Origin: an uncultured Marmoricola sp.
GTDB taxonomy: Bacteria > Actinomycetota > Actinomycetes > Propionibacteriales > Nocardioidaceae
DNA: 64,000 nucleotides
Direction: 5' to 3'
Assembly (NCBI GenBank): GCA_943913695.1
Contig: CALTZE010000001.1
Span: 8,877 to 72,876 of the forward strand
In this document: one piece after another, positions 11,145-21,163 of the stretch
Position numbering within the stretch: the stretch's first letter is position 1
Layout: every line of letters starts with the position of its first letter
The notes under the pieces: generated by a model
What the model saw: only the letters and a program-made list of their open reading frames with translations
Told to the model about the DNA's origin: nothing
Databases searched by the model: none
Position numbers and translations under genes: made by a program

Positions 11145-12544
11145 GCTGGGCCGCCGAGTCGCTCGCGGACGCCCGCCCTGCGACGTACTGGCTCGAGGAC
11201 CCCGACCGGCCCGAGCCGCTCCCCGGTCTCGACGGGCCCGTGGCCGCCGACCTGGTCGTGGTCGGCGGCGGCTACCTCGGGCTCTGGACCGCGCTCCAGG
11301 CCGTCGAGCGTGAGCCCGGCCGGTCGGTGGTCGTGCTGGAGGCCGAGACCTGCGGTCACGCCGCGAGCGGGCGCAACGGCGGCTTCTGCGAGGCCAGCCT
11401 GACCCACGGCTTCGGCAACGGCCTCGCGCGCTGGCCCGAGGAGATGCCGCAGCTGCTGGAGCTGGGACGCGACAACCTCGACAGCATCGAGCAGACCGTG
11501 CGGCGGCACGGCATCGACTGCGACCTGGTGCGCCCCGGCTCGCTCGCGATCGCCACCCAGGAGCACCAGGTGGCCGAGCTGCGGGCGGCGTACGACGACA
11601 TGGTGCGGCTCGGCGAGCCGGTCACCTGGCTCGACGGCGACGCCCTGCGGGCCCGGGTCGACTCCCCGGCGGCGCTCGGCGGCTTCCACGACCCCGACTC
11701 CGCCCTCGTCGAGCCCGCGCGGCTCGCCTGGGGGCTGCGCGCGGCGTGCCTGGCCGCGGGCGTGCGGATCTTCGAGGGCACGCGAGTCACCGGCCTCCGC
11801 GGGGGAGGGGCCGGTGTCTCGCTCTCGGTCGAGGGCGCGGGGCCGGTCGCCGCCCGCCACGTGGTGCTGGCGACCAACGCCTTCCGCCCGCTGCTGCGCC
11901 GGCTCCGGCTGATGACCGTGCCGGTCTATGACTACGCCCTGATGACCGAGCCGCTGAGCCAGGCCCAGCAGGACCAGCTGGGCTGGTGGCGCGGGCGCGA
12001 GGGCTGGTCGGACGCCGGCAACCAGTTCATCTACTCCCGCACCACCCGCGACGGGCGCATCCTGTGGGGCGGCTACGACGCGATCTACCACTACGGCAGC
12101 CGCACCGGCCCGGCCTACGACCAGCGTCCGGCGACGGCGCAGCTGCTCGCCGAGAAGTTCTTCGCCGCCTTCCCGCAGCTGGAGGGGGAGGTGCGCTTCT
12201 CCCACAGCTGGGGCGGGGTGATCGACACTTGCACCCGCTTCACCGCCTTCTACGGCACCGCCCTGCAGGGCCGCGTCGGCTACGCGCTGGGCTTCACCGG
12301 GCTCGGTGTCGGCGCCACCCGCTTCGCCGCTGACGTGGTGCTCGACCTGCTCGCCGGTCTGGACACCCCGCGCACCCGGCTGGAGATGGTGCGCACCAAG
12401 CCGCTGCCCTTCCCGCCCGAGCCCGCCCGCTGGCTCGGCATCGAGGCGATGCGCCGCTCCCTGGCCTCCGCCGACGCCCACGGGGGCCGGCAGAACGCCT
12501 TCTTGAAGGTGATGGACCGGCTGGGCTTCGGCTTCGACAGCTGA
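11141..12544 (+). CDS. FAD-dependent oxidoreductase, PuuB/DadA (gamma-glutamylputrescine oxidase-like)
   Basis: ATGA overlap with potC; VVGGGYLG, ASGRNGG, G.TG.GVGATRF. Confidence 0.85.
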   Translation: MSWAAESLADARPATYWLEDPDRPEPLPGLDGPVAADLVVVGGGYLGLWTALQAVEREPGRSVVVLEAETCGHAASGRNGGFCEASLTHGFGNGLARWPEEMPQLLELGRDNLDSIEQTVRRHGIDCDLVRPGSLAIATQEHQVAELRAAYDDMVRLGEPVTWLDGDALRARVDSPAALGGFHDPDSALVEPARLAWGLRAACLAAGVRIFEGTRVTGLRGGGAGVSLSVEGAGPVAARHVVLATNAFRPLLRRLRLMTVPVYDYALMTEPLSQAQQDQLGWWRGREGWSDAGNQFIYSRTTRDGRILWGGYDAIYHYGSRTGPAYDQRPATAQLLAEKFFAAFPQLEGEVRFSHSWGGVIDTCTRFTAFYGTALQGRVGYALGFTGLGVGATRFAADVVLDLLAGLDTPRTRLEMVRTKPLPFPPEPARWLGIEAMRRSLASADAHGGRQNAFLKVMDRLGFGFDS

Positions 12545-12561
12545 CCCGCGAGGATCAGCAC

Positions 12562-13902
12562 ATGAGCATCTGGATCGCCCGCTCGCGCGAGGCCCTGCAG
12601 ACCCAGCTGTGGCCCGTCCCCGCCCTGGCGGTGCTGGCAGCCCTGCTGCTGGGCCTCTGGCTGCCGGAGCTGGAGGCCTCCTTCGACGCCGAGATCTCCC
12701 CGCAGGCCGGGCAGTGGATCTTCGGCGGCGACGCCGCCGCGGCCCGCTCCCTGCTGGGGACCATCGCCCAGTCCCTGATCACGGTCACGTCGCTGACCTT
12801 CTCCCTCACGGTGGTGACGCTGCAGCTGGCAAGCAGCCAGTTCTCGCCCAGGCTGCTGCGCACCTTCACCCAAGACCGGTTCGTCCAGATGACGCTCGCG
12901 CTGTTCCTGGCCACCTTCACCTACGCGCTCACCGTGCTGCGCGCCGTACGCGGCGCGGACGACGCCCAGATCTCGTTCGTGCCCAAGGTGTCCGTCACCG
13001 TGGCCTTCGGCCTCGCTATCCTCAGCGTGCTGGGGCTCGTGCTCTTCCTGGCCCACCTCGCCCGGCAGATCCGGGTCGAGACCATGCTGCAGAGCGTCCG
13101 GCGCGACGCCACCCGCGCGATGGAGGTCCTGCTGACCCCGCGCGGCGAGGCCGACGCCACCGAGGACGCTCCGGTGCCGCCGCCCGACGCCGCGAACCTG
13201 CTGGCCAGCGACGACGGCTTCGTGACCCGACTCGACCGCGACGACCTGCGCGAGATCGCCGGGGCCGAGTCGGTGGTGCTGGTCATCGACTCGGAGCCGG
13301 GCGCCTTCGTGGTGTCGCAGACCCCGATCGGGGTCGTCTGGCCCAGCGCCGGCGGCGTCCTCAGCGCCGAGGCGCTCGAGCGGATCCGCCAACGGGTGGC
13401 GCCGTGCGTGCACACCGGTGTCGAGCGCACCCTGACCCAGGACGTCGGGTTCGGGGTCCGCCAGCTGACTGACGTCGCCACCAAGGCGCTCTCGCCCGGC
13501 ATCAACGACCCCACGACCGCTGTCCACGCGCTCGGCCACCTCTCGGCCTTGCTGTGCGCGCTGGTCGACCGCGAGCTCGGCCCCGAGCTGCTCCGGGACG
13601 ACCAGGGCCGGGTGCGGGTGGTCGTCTCGCGCCCCGGTCTCGCGGACTACGTCGAGGTCGCGCTCGGCCAGCCTCGCCACTACGGGGCCGCCGACGTCCA
13701 GGTGCTCGCCAAGATCTTCCAGGTCCTGCTTGAGCTGGGCCACCGTGTGCCGCCGCAGGACCGGGCCGTCGTGCGCGACCAGCTGGAGCGGCTGCGAGGC
13801 ACGGTCGCGGCGCAGGCCTTCGGCCCGACCGACCGCGCGACCCTGGAGGCGCTGGGCGACCGGGTCGAGCGGTGCCTGCAGTCGTCATCGGCCGGCAGGT
13901 GA
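12562..13902 (+). CDS. DUF2254 family membrane protein
   Basis: LQLASSQFSPRLL and KALSPGINDPTTA motifs. Confidence 0.85.
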   Translation: MSIWIARSREALQTQLWPVPALAVLAALLLGLWLPELEASFDAEISPQAGQWIFGGDAAAARSLLGTIAQSLITVTSLTFSLTVVTLQLASSQFSPRLLRTFTQDRFVQMTLALFLATFTYALTVLRAVRGADDAQISFVPKVSVTVAFGLAILSVLGLVLFLAHLARQIRVETMLQSVRRDATRAMEVLLTPRGEADATEDAPVPPPDAANLLASDDGFVTRLDRDDLREIAGAESVVLVIDSEPGAFVVSQTPIGVVWPSAGGVLSAEALERIRQRVAPCVHTGVERTLTQDVGFGVRQLTDVATKALSPGINDPTTAVHALGHLSALLCALVDRELGPELLRDDQGRVRVVVSRPGLADYVEVALGQPRHYGAADVQVLAKIFQVLLELGHRVPPQDRAVVRDQLERLRGTVAAQAFGPTDRATLEALGDRVERCLQSSSAGR

Positions 13903-13918
13903 GCGCCGGCGTGCATGC

Positions 13919-14521
13919 TCAGCGCCCGTGCAGCTCGCCGACCGGCACCGCGACGTCGACCCGGTTGCCGGGCGGGGCGAGCGGGCAGGCCCAGGCGGGG
14001 TCGTAGGCGCACGAGGGCGGGTAGGCGAAGTTGAGGTCGACGACGAGGCGGTCGCCGTCGCCCCCGAGGTCGGCGCCCTTGACCGTGTCGAGCAGGTAGC
14101 GGCCGCCGCCGTACCCACCCCCGGGCCGGCCGCAGCCCGCGTCGCGCAGCGGCAGGAAGAGCCCGCCGCCGTAGGTCGCCAGGCGCCACAGGTCGAGCTC
14201 GCCGACGCCCGGCAGGACGACCCGGCCGGCGCGCTCGAAGGGCACCACCCCGTCGGTGCCGGTCTCCGGCTCCCAGCGTTGCGCGGGCGCGGCCTGCACC
14301 TCGACCTCGAAGCGCCACGCCGCGTCGTACGCCGCGACGGTGAGGCCGGCGAACCCCTCACGGTCCTCGGGCAGCAGCGGGCTCGCCGGGTGGTGGGCGA
14401 AGAGCTCGTCGCGGCCCCGGCGCCACAGCGCGTGGGCGGTCGCGGGGTCGGGCTCCTCGCGCACCGCGGCGTAGAGCGCGAAGACGCGGCGGCGCCAGTC
14501 GACGACGGCGAAGGGGTCCAC
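13919..14521 (-). CDS. DUF1684 family protein
   Basis: YGGGRYL, DLNFAYPPSCAY, ACPLAP. Confidence 0.85.
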   Translation of the reverse strand: MDPFAVVDWRRRVFALYAAVREEPDPATAHALWRRGRDELFAHHPASPLLPEDREGFAGLTVAAYDAAWRFEVEVQAAPAQRWEPETGTDGVVPFERAGRVVLPGVGELDLWRLATYGGGLFLPLRDAGCGRPGGGYGGGRYLLDTVKGADLGGDGDRLVVDLNFAYPPSCAYDPAWACPLAPPGNRVDVAVPVGELHGR

Positions 14522-14592
14522 GGGCTGCGTGTACCCAGCCGTCCATCGGGCACCATGGGCGGTCCCACCCTCGTGACGAAGGAGCGACGACC

Positions 14593-15126
14593 GTGCTCGA
14601 GCCCCGCCAGGTCCTGCGCGTGGGGGACCGCACCCCGCGCGTCCACGACGACGCCTTCGTCGCGCCTGGAGCGGTCGTGGTGGGCGACGTGACGATCGGG
14701 GCGCGCTCGAGCGTCTGGTACGCCAGCGTCGTGCGCGGCGACACCTCGGGCATCGCCATCGGCGAGGAGACCAACATCCAGGACGGCTCGGTGCTGCACG
14801 CCGACCCCGACTCCCCGCTCACCGTGGGGAGCCGGGTCACCGTCGGTCACCGAGTGGTGCTGCACGGCGCGACGATCGAGGACGACGTGCTGATCGGCAT
14901 GGGGTCGGTGGTGATGAACGACGCCCGCATCGGCTCGGGGTCGGTCATCGGCGCCGGTGCCGTGGTCACGCAGGGCACCGAGATCCCGCCCGGGTCGCTG
15001 GTGCTCGGGTCGCCGGCGAAGGTCGTGCGGGAGGTGCGTGACCCCGAGCGCGAGATGATCCGCAACGGCGCCCGCAACTACGTGCAGCGAGCGGCCGAGC
15101 ACCGCTCGGTCACCCCGCTGGCCTAG
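14593..15126 (+). CDS. Gamma-carbonic anhydrase family (hexapeptide repeat) protein
   Basis: GGAG RBS; VRGD, TNIQDGSVLH, VGH..VLHG, LVLGSPAK. Confidence 0.9.
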   Translation: MLEPRQVLRVGDRTPRVHDDAFVAPGAVVVGDVTIGARSSVWYASVVRGDTSGIAIGEETNIQDGSVLHADPDSPLTVGSRVTVGHRVVLHGATIEDDVLIGMGSVVMNDARIGSGSVIGAGAVVTQGTEIPPGSLVLGSPAKVVREVRDPEREMIRNGARNYVQRAAEHRSVTPLA

Positions 15127-15165
15127 GGGCTGGCGCTGCCGTGTGGGTGGCGGCAGCATGGGCGG

Positions 15166-17217
15166 GTGGCACGCACGGTCGGTGACCTGCTGGCGAGCGC
15201 ACGCCGGCAGGCGGTCTGGGGACGCGAGAGCGAGCTGGCAGCCCTGCTCGACCTCGCCGACGACCCGGCCCGCGTGCTGGCCCACGTGCACGGCCCGGGA
15301 GGCGTCGGCAAGTCGACGCTGCTCGACGTCTTCGCCGAGGCCCTGACCTCCGCCCGGCCCGACCGGCCCCTCGTGTGCCTCGACGGCGCCGACCTCGAAC
15401 CCTCGCCCGCGGGCCTCACCGAGGCCGTCACCGGGCTGACCGGGGGCGCACCTGCCGACCTGCTGCCCGAGAGCGTGCTGGTGGTCGACCGCTTCGAGCT
15501 GCTGGAGCCGGTCGCGCAGTGGTTCTGGCAGGGACTGGTCCCGGCCCTGCCGGCAGGGGTCCACGTGGTCGTGGCGAGTCGCCGAGAGGCCCCCGAGAGC
15601 TGGCGCGCCGACCCGGCGTACGCCGCCTGCACGCTGACGCTGTCGCTGCGCAACCTCGACCCGGCTGCGGCGGGGGCGCTGTTGCGTGCTCGCGACGTCC
15701 CCGAGGGGCTGGTCGACGGTCTCGTCGAGGAGACGCGCGGCCACCCGCTCGCCCTGGCCATCGCGAGCGAGACCGGGGCCGCGGCCGGCGGCAGCGGTGG
15801 CGCGCTCTTCGACCACCCGGACGCCGCGGCGCGCCTGCTCGGTCGCTTCCTGGAGGAGTCGGTCGACCCGCTGCAAAGACGCGCCCTGCACGTGTGCGGG
15901 CACGCCCGCCGGGTCGACCGCGCGCTGCTCGCGGCGGCGCTCGACGTCGATGACGAGACCGCCGACGAGCTGCTCGCCTGGCTGCGCGCCCGCCCCTACG
16001 CCGAGTCGCACCCCGACGGCCTCAGCCTGCACGACCTGGTGGCCGACGCGCTCGAGCACGACCTCAGGTGGCGCGACGCCCAGGCGCACGCGCAGCTCCA
16101 CAGCGCCGTCCGGGCCGCGCTGCTCCGCCGCCTCGAGCGGGCGGGCGAGGTGGACCACCACCGACTCGCCGGGGAGATCGTCTACCTGCACCGGTTCAAC
16201 CCTGTCGCCCGCGCCCTGTTCGCCGTGCCGGGCGAGGGCGAGGTCAGGGTGCGGCCGCTACGCGACGACGACGCCGAGCGCGACTGGCTGCGGCGGGCCT
16301 TCGACACGGAGCTGCGGGGCGACACCGTCGACTGGTGGTCGAGGCGGCAGCCCGCCTCGGTGGTGGTCTTCGAGGCCGACGACGCCCCGCAGCGCCGGCT
16401 GGGCGCCTTCCTCAGCGCCAGGATCGACCTGGAGCGCGCCGGGCTGGCGGCTCACGACCCGGTCGTCGCCTGGGCGTTGGAGCAGGTCTCCGAGCAGCGC
16501 CCCCCGGAGCCGGCGGAGGTGGTCTTCAGCCACGTCAGCGTCGATGCGGTGCACCCGGGCTCGCCCGACCGGGTCTCCTTCGCCTCAGCGGCGGCGTCGG
16601 TGCACGCCTGGCGGGCACGCGGGCTGGGGTGGGTGCTGGTCAGCAGCGCCCACGAGGACACGTGGGCGCCGGTGTGGTCCTACATCGGCTTCGAGCGCGT
16701 CGGCTCCGTCTCCGTCGGCGGCGGCAGCGTCGGGGTGTGGGCGCGCGACTTCGGCCGCAGCCCGTTCCTGCAGTGGCTGGAGGCGATGGCGGCCCGGGAG
16801 ATCGACGACGGCTCGATGTCGCCACCCGTGGCCAGCCCCGTGGCGCTCTCGCGGGTCGACTTCGGCGACGCGGTGCGCCGCGCCCTGAAGGTGCTGCACG
16901 ACCCGGTGGCCCTGCGGGCGAGCCCGCTGCTCTCCTCACGTCTGCTCGCCCACGCCGACGATGCCGCGGCGGTGCTGCTCGGCACGGTGCGCACGGCGGT
17001 GGAGACGCTGCGGGCCGACCCTCGCTCGGCGCTCGCGGCGAGCGCGCCGGACCGCACCTACCTGCGGCCGGCCGGCTCCCAGGAGCGCGCGGCGGAGGTG
17101 GTGGGCACGTCGTTCAGCACCTACCGCCGCCACCTGGCGGCGGGCACGGACCGGCTCGAGGCGCTGCTGTGGGAGTGGGAGCTGCACGGTCCGCCCTCGC
17201 AGGTGAGCAGTGAATGA
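15166..17217 (+). CDS. AAA-ATPase domain protein, probable regulator with C-terminal HTH-like segment
   Basis: GRESEL, Walker A GPGGVGKST, GHPLAL, C-terminal SQERAAEVVGTSFSTYRRHL. Confidence 0.7.
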   Translation: MARTVGDLLASARRQAVWGRESELAALLDLADDPARVLAHVHGPGGVGKSTLLDVFAEALTSARPDRPLVCLDGADLEPSPAGLTEAVTGLTGGAPADLLPESVLVVDRFELLEPVAQWFWQGLVPALPAGVHVVVASRREAPESWRADPAYAACTLTLSLRNLDPAAAGALLRARDVPEGLVDGLVEETRGHPLALAIASETGAAAGGSGGALFDHPDAAARLLGRFLEESVDPLQRRALHVCGHARRVDRALLAAALDVDDETADELLAWLRARPYAESHPDGLSLHDLVADALEHDLRWRDAQAHAQLHSAVRAALLRRLERAGEVDHHRLAGEIVYLHRFNPVARALFAVPGEGEVRVRPLRDDDAERDWLRRAFDTELRGDTVDWWSRRQPASVVVFEADDAPQRRLGAFLSARIDLERAGLAAHDPVVAWALEQVSEQRPPEPAEVVFSHVSVDAVHPGSPDRVSFASAAASVHAWRARGLGWVLVSSAHEDTWAPVWSYIGFERVGSVSVGGGSVGVWARDFGRSPFLQWLEAMAAREIDDGSMSPPVASPVALSRVDFGDAVRRALKVLHDPVALRASPLLSSRLLAHADDAAAVLLGTVRTAVETLRADPRSALAASAPDRTYLRPAGSQERAAEVVGTSFSTYRRHLAAGTDRLEALLWEWELHGPPSQVSSE

Positions 17218-17275
17218 CCTGGTGAGTGAGCAGCCGGCCGGGTGAGCGTGGCCCCTCCAGACCCGAGGAGGCGCC

Positions 17276-18676
17276 ATGTCCCACGACCAGAGCGTCGTGG
17301 TCGTCGGCGGCAGCATCGCCGGCCTGCTCGCCGCCGCTGCCGCCCACCCGCACGCGCGTCGCGTCGTCGTGCTCGACCGCGACCACTTCCCCGAGCGACC
17401 GGGGCCCCGCTCCGGGACGCCGCACGCGGCCCACTCCCATGGGCTGCTCGCCTCCGGGCGGGAGTCGATGGAGGCCCTGCTGCCAGGGCTCACCGAGGAG
17501 CTGGTCTCGCTCGGGGCCGTCAGCGAGGGCGACATCGGCAGCGTCGGCCGGTGGTGGCTCGCCGGCGGCCTGCTGGCCGAGTGCGAGCTGGGGCGGAGCG
17601 GACTGGCGGTCTCGCGGCCGACCCTCGAGCACGTCGTACGCCGCCGCGTGCAGGCACTGCCCGGGGTCGAGCTGCGCCAGGGGGTCCACGTCGCCGGCCT
17701 GCTCGGCACCGCCGAGCAGGTGGAGGCCGTGCTGCTGAGGCGGCGCGACGGGGCCGCGGAGGCGGTATTGGAGGCCGACCTGGTGGTCGACGCGACCGGA
17801 CGGGCCGCCCGGTCGTGCCGGTGGCTGCCCGAGCTCGGCGCTGCTGCGCCCGAGGAGGAGCACATCGAGGTGGGCGTGCGCTACGTCACCGTGCACGTCG
17901 CAGCGCGACCGGGTGACGTCGGCGGTCGCAGCGTGGTCGTCAGCGCGGCCACGCCCGAGGTGCCGTCGGGGGGCGTGGCGCTGCGGCAGGAGGACGGCAC
18001 CTGGTCGGTCACCCTCTTCACCTACGCCCACCGCGAGGTCCCGCTGGATCCCGACGGCCTGCGACAGCACGCCGCGGCGCTGGTCTCACCCGACCTCGCC
18101 GCGCTGCTGGCGGACCGCCCGCTCTTCGATGCCGTGCCCTACCGCTTCCCCGACTGCCGCTGGCGGCGCTTCGACCGGCTCCGGCTGCCGCTCGGCTACG
18201 CCGTGATCGGCGACGCGGTCTGCTCGCTGGACCCGACGCTCGGCCAGGGCATGAGCGTGGCGGCGCTCGAGGCCGTCGCCCTGCGCGAGGCCATCGCCCG
18301 CGGTCCGGAGGCGGTGCGCACCGACTACCACGTCGGCTCGGAGGCGATCGTGGGCACCGCGTGGTCGCTGGTGCAGGCGGCGGTGTTGCCGATCCCGGGC
18401 GTGCTCGGCGAGACGGCGCGGACCCCGGCCGCGATCGCGCGCTACGTCGCGCGGCTGCAGCGCGTGGCCCGGCGCGACCCGGTCGTCGCCGCGGCGTTCC
18501 TCCGTGTCACCAACCTGTTGGCGCCGCCGCCCAGCCTGCTGGCGCCGTCGCTGGCCGCGCGGGTGCTGCGACCGAGGCGGCTCAGCAGCAGCGCCCCTAA
18601 CAGCAGCGACCCTGAGCCCCCTGCTCGCGGTGGGCGTCGCGGTGGCGCTCGAACTCCCGCCGCGACATCGGCGTGA
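17276..18676 (+). CDS. FAD-dependent monooxygenase/oxidoreductase
   Basis: GGAGG RBS; VVGGSIAGL, VDATGR, IGDAVCSLDP..GQGMS. Confidence 0.85.
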   Translation: MSHDQSVVVVGGSIAGLLAAAAAHPHARRVVVLDRDHFPERPGPRSGTPHAAHSHGLLASGRESMEALLPGLTEELVSLGAVSEGDIGSVGRWWLAGGLLAECELGRSGLAVSRPTLEHVVRRRVQALPGVELRQGVHVAGLLGTAEQVEAVLLRRRDGAAEAVLEADLVVDATGRAARSCRWLPELGAAAPEEEHIEVGVRYVTVHVAARPGDVGGRSVVVSAATPEVPSGGVALRQEDGTWSVTLFTYAHREVPLDPDGLRQHAAALVSPDLAALLADRPLFDAVPYRFPDCRWRRFDRLRLPLGYAVIGDAVCSLDPTLGQGMSVAALEAVALREAIARGPEAVRTDYHVGSEAIVGTAWSLVQAAVLPIPGVLGETARTPAAIARYVARLQRVARRDPVVAAAFLRVTNLLAPPPSLLAPSLAARVLRPRRLSSSAPNSSDPEPPARGGRRGGARTPAATSA

Positions 18677-18794
18677 CGCCGTCGCGCGCGCAGCGGGCCA
18701 GGTAGTCGTCCCACTTGGCCTCGCCGCTGATCTGGCGGGCATACCAGCGCACGCCGGCCAGGGCGCGACGTACGGGCTCGACCGCGACGTTCAC
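18597..18794 (-). CDS. YbdD/YjiX family CstA-associated small protein (65 aa)
   Basis: GTGA overlap with the cstA stop; WY..ISGEAKWDDYL...PMSRREF...RCC. Confidence 0.85.
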   Translation of the reverse strand: MNVAVEPVRRALAGVRWYARQISGEAKWDDYLARCARDGVTPMSRREFERHRDAHREQGAQGRCC

Positions 18795-20971
18795 GACCCC
18801 ACCCTCTCGCGCTCCCACTCGGCGACCGCGGCCTTCTCGTCCTTGGTGGCGAAGAAGTCGGCCGGCGCGACGATCTGCGACGGCGTGGCGGGGACCTCCT
18901 GGGTGGGCAGCGAGCCCGCACGGGCCGCCTTGACCCAGATCACGGCGGCGTTGGCCACGATCACGATCACCAGCAGCGCGAAGCTCGCCTGCAGGAAGCC
19001 GTTGACCGTGGAGTTGGTGACCACGGTGCTCATCTGGTCGAGGTCGGTCGCCGGGGCGAGCACCTCGCCCGCGTCGCGTGCGGTGCGGTAGCGGTCGGCC
19101 TGCGAGAAGTAGCCGATGGCCGGGTTGTCGCTGAAGACCTTCTGGTAGCTCGCGGTCAGCGTCACCACGAGGTCCCAGACGAGCGGCACGGCCGGCACCC
19201 AGACGTACTTCCACCAGCCGTGCTTGCAGAAGAGCGTCACGCACAGGGTCAGCGCGATCGCGGCGAGCAGCTGGTTGGCGATGCCGAAGAGCGGGAAGAG
19301 CTGGTTGATGCCCCCGAGCGGGTCGGTGACGCCGACGTAGAGCATGTAGCCCCACGCGCCGACGGTGATCGCCGAGGCGCCCCAGGCGGCGGGCTTCCAC
19401 GAGGTGTCGCCGAACTTGGTCCACACGTTGCCGATGGTGTCCTGCAGCATGAAGCGGCCCACGCGGGTGCCGGCGTCGACGGCGGTGAGGATGAACAGCG
19501 CCTCGAACATGATCGCGAAGTGAAACCAGAACGCCGCGAGGTTGCCGCCGAAGGCGTCGTTGAAGATCTGGCTGATGCCGAAGGCGAGCGTCGGCGCACC
19601 GCCCGTGCGGGAGACCAGCTCCTCCTCGACGCTGGCCGCGGCCGCGGCGAGCTCGTCGGGGGTGATGGTGAAGCCGAGGGTGCCGACGAACTCCGAGGCC
19701 CCCTCCACCGTGCCGCCGGTCAGGCCGGCGGGGGAGTTCATCGCGAAGTAGAGGCCCTGGTCGATGACGCAGGCGGCGATCAGCGCGGAGATCGCGACGA
19801 ACGACTCCATCAGCATGCCGCCGTAGCCGACCATCCGGACGTGGCCCTCCTTGGCCAGCATCTTCGGCGTCGTGCCCGAGGAGATCAGGGCATGGAAGCC
19901 CGAGAGCGCGCCGCACGCGATGGTGATGAACAGGAAGGGGAAGAGCTTGCCGGCGAAGACCGGGCCGGTGCCGTCGATGGCGAAGTCGCTGACGGCCGGC
20001 GCCTGCAGCACCGGCGCGGCCAGCACGAGGCTGACCGCCAGCAGCGCGATCACACCCACCTTCATGAAGGTGGAGAGGTAGTCGCGCGGGGTCAGCAGCA
20101 TCCAGACCGGCAGGATCGAGGCGACGAAGCCGTAGACCACGAGCGCGAGGGTCAGGTGCTCCTTGGAGATCGTCAGCGCCTCGCCCCAGCCCCAGGACTC
20201 GACGTAGCCGCCGCCGACGATGGCGAGCAGCAGCAGTACGACGCCCACCGCGGTGACCTCCATGACCCGGCCGGGTCGCAGGAAGCGCAGGTAGAAGCCC
20301 ATGAAGAGCGCGATCGGGATGGTCAGCGCGATCGAGAAGACGCCCCAGGGAGACTCGGCCAGGGCGTTGACCACGACCAGGGCGAGCACGGCGAGCAGGA
20401 TGATCATGATCGCGTAGACCGCGATCAGTGCGGCGATGCCGCCGACGGTGCCGATCTCCTCACGGATCATCTGGCCCAGGCTCTTGGCGTCGCGGCGCAT
20501 CGAGAAGAACAGCACGATCATGTCCTGCACCGCGCCGGCGAAGATGACGCCGACGATGATCCAGATCGTGCCAGGCAGGTAGCCCATCTGCGCGGCGAGC
20601 ACCGGGCCGACGAGCGGGCCGGCGCCGGCGATGGCCGCGAAGTGGTGGCCGTAGAGGACCCGCCGGTCGGTGACCTCGAAGTCGGTGCCGTTCTCCAGCC
20701 GCTCGGCCGGCGTCGCGCGCCGGTCGTCGAGCCGCAGCACCTTGCCCGCGATGAACTTGGAGTAGAAGCGGTAGGCGATCAGGTAGGACGCCAGCGCCGC
20801 GAAGAGGATCCACAGCGCCGAGATCTCCTCGCCGCGGTGCAGCGCGAGGACCCCCCAGCAGACGGCGCCGACGAGCGCCACGGCTCCCCACACGGCCATC
20901 TGCACCGGAGACATCCGGGTGCGGCCCTCGGGGGCGGGCCCCGGCGGTAGGGTCGAGGTGTCCGTGGTCAT
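18791..20971 (-). CDS. cstA: Carbon starvation protein A (peptide/pyruvate transporter)
   Basis: GHHFAAIAGAGPLVGP, PRDYLS, IACGALSGFHALISSGTT, LFGIANQLLA. Confidence 0.95.
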   Translation of the reverse strand: MTTDTSTLPPGPAPEGRTRMSPVQMAVWGAVALVGAVCWGVLALHRGEEISALWILFAALASYLIAYRFYSKFIAGKVLRLDDRRATPAERLENGTDFEVTDRRVLYGHHFAAIAGAGPLVGPVLAAQMGYLPGTIWIIVGVIFAGAVQDMIVLFFSMRRDAKSLGQMIREEIGTVGGIAALIAVYAIMIILLAVLALVVVNALAESPWGVFSIALTIPIALFMGFYLRFLRPGRVMEVTAVGVVLLLLAIVGGGYVESWGWGEALTISKEHLTLALVVYGFVASILPVWMLLTPRDYLSTFMKVGVIALLAVSLVLAAPVLQAPAVSDFAIDGTGPVFAGKLFPFLFITIACGALSGFHALISSGTTPKMLAKEGHVRMVGYGGMLMESFVAISALIAACVIDQGLYFAMNSPAGLTGGTVEGASEFVGTLGFTITPDELAAAAASVEEELVSRTGGAPTLAFGISQIFNDAFGGNLAAFWFHFAIMFEALFILTAVDAGTRVGRFMLQDTIGNVWTKFGDTSWKPAAWGASAITVGAWGYMLYVGVTDPLGGINQLFPLFGIANQLLAAIALTLCVTLFCKHGWWKYVWVPAVPLVWDLVVTLTASYQKVFSDNPAIGYFSQADRYRTARDAGEVLAPATDLDQMSTVVTNSTVNGFLQASFALLVIVIVANAAVIWVKAARAGSLPTQEVPATPSQIVAPADFFATKDEKAAVAEWERERVGS

Positions 20972-21030
20972 GTGCGCCTCCCGTGTCCGAGCCTGGTGAG
21001 CGTCGTCACACTAAGGCATGCGGGCTCGGC

Positions 21031-21160
21031 GCCCTTCGAGGCTCGCTAGCGCTCGCACCTCAGGGAGCGTCGGGCTCGCTAGCGCTCGCACCTCAGGGAG
21101 CGTCTCCGTCCGCTCCCTGAGGAGCGCCCGCGAGGGACGAGCGGGGGCGTCACGAAGGGC
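21031..21160. repeat. Cluster of REP-like repeats (B 21031-21069, partial B 21073-21102, A 21111-21160), same family as 42655-43446
   Basis: GCCCTTCG..GCTCGC..CCTCAGGGAGCG and CGCTCCCTGAGGAGC..GAGGGACGAGCGGG..CACGAAGGG, read directly. Confidence 0.85.
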
Positions 21161-21163
21161 GGG

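Noticed and set aside
18597..18605. Selenocysteine at the C-terminus of the YbdD/YjiX protein
   Set aside because: Codons read TGC TGT TAG; there is no in-frame TGA.
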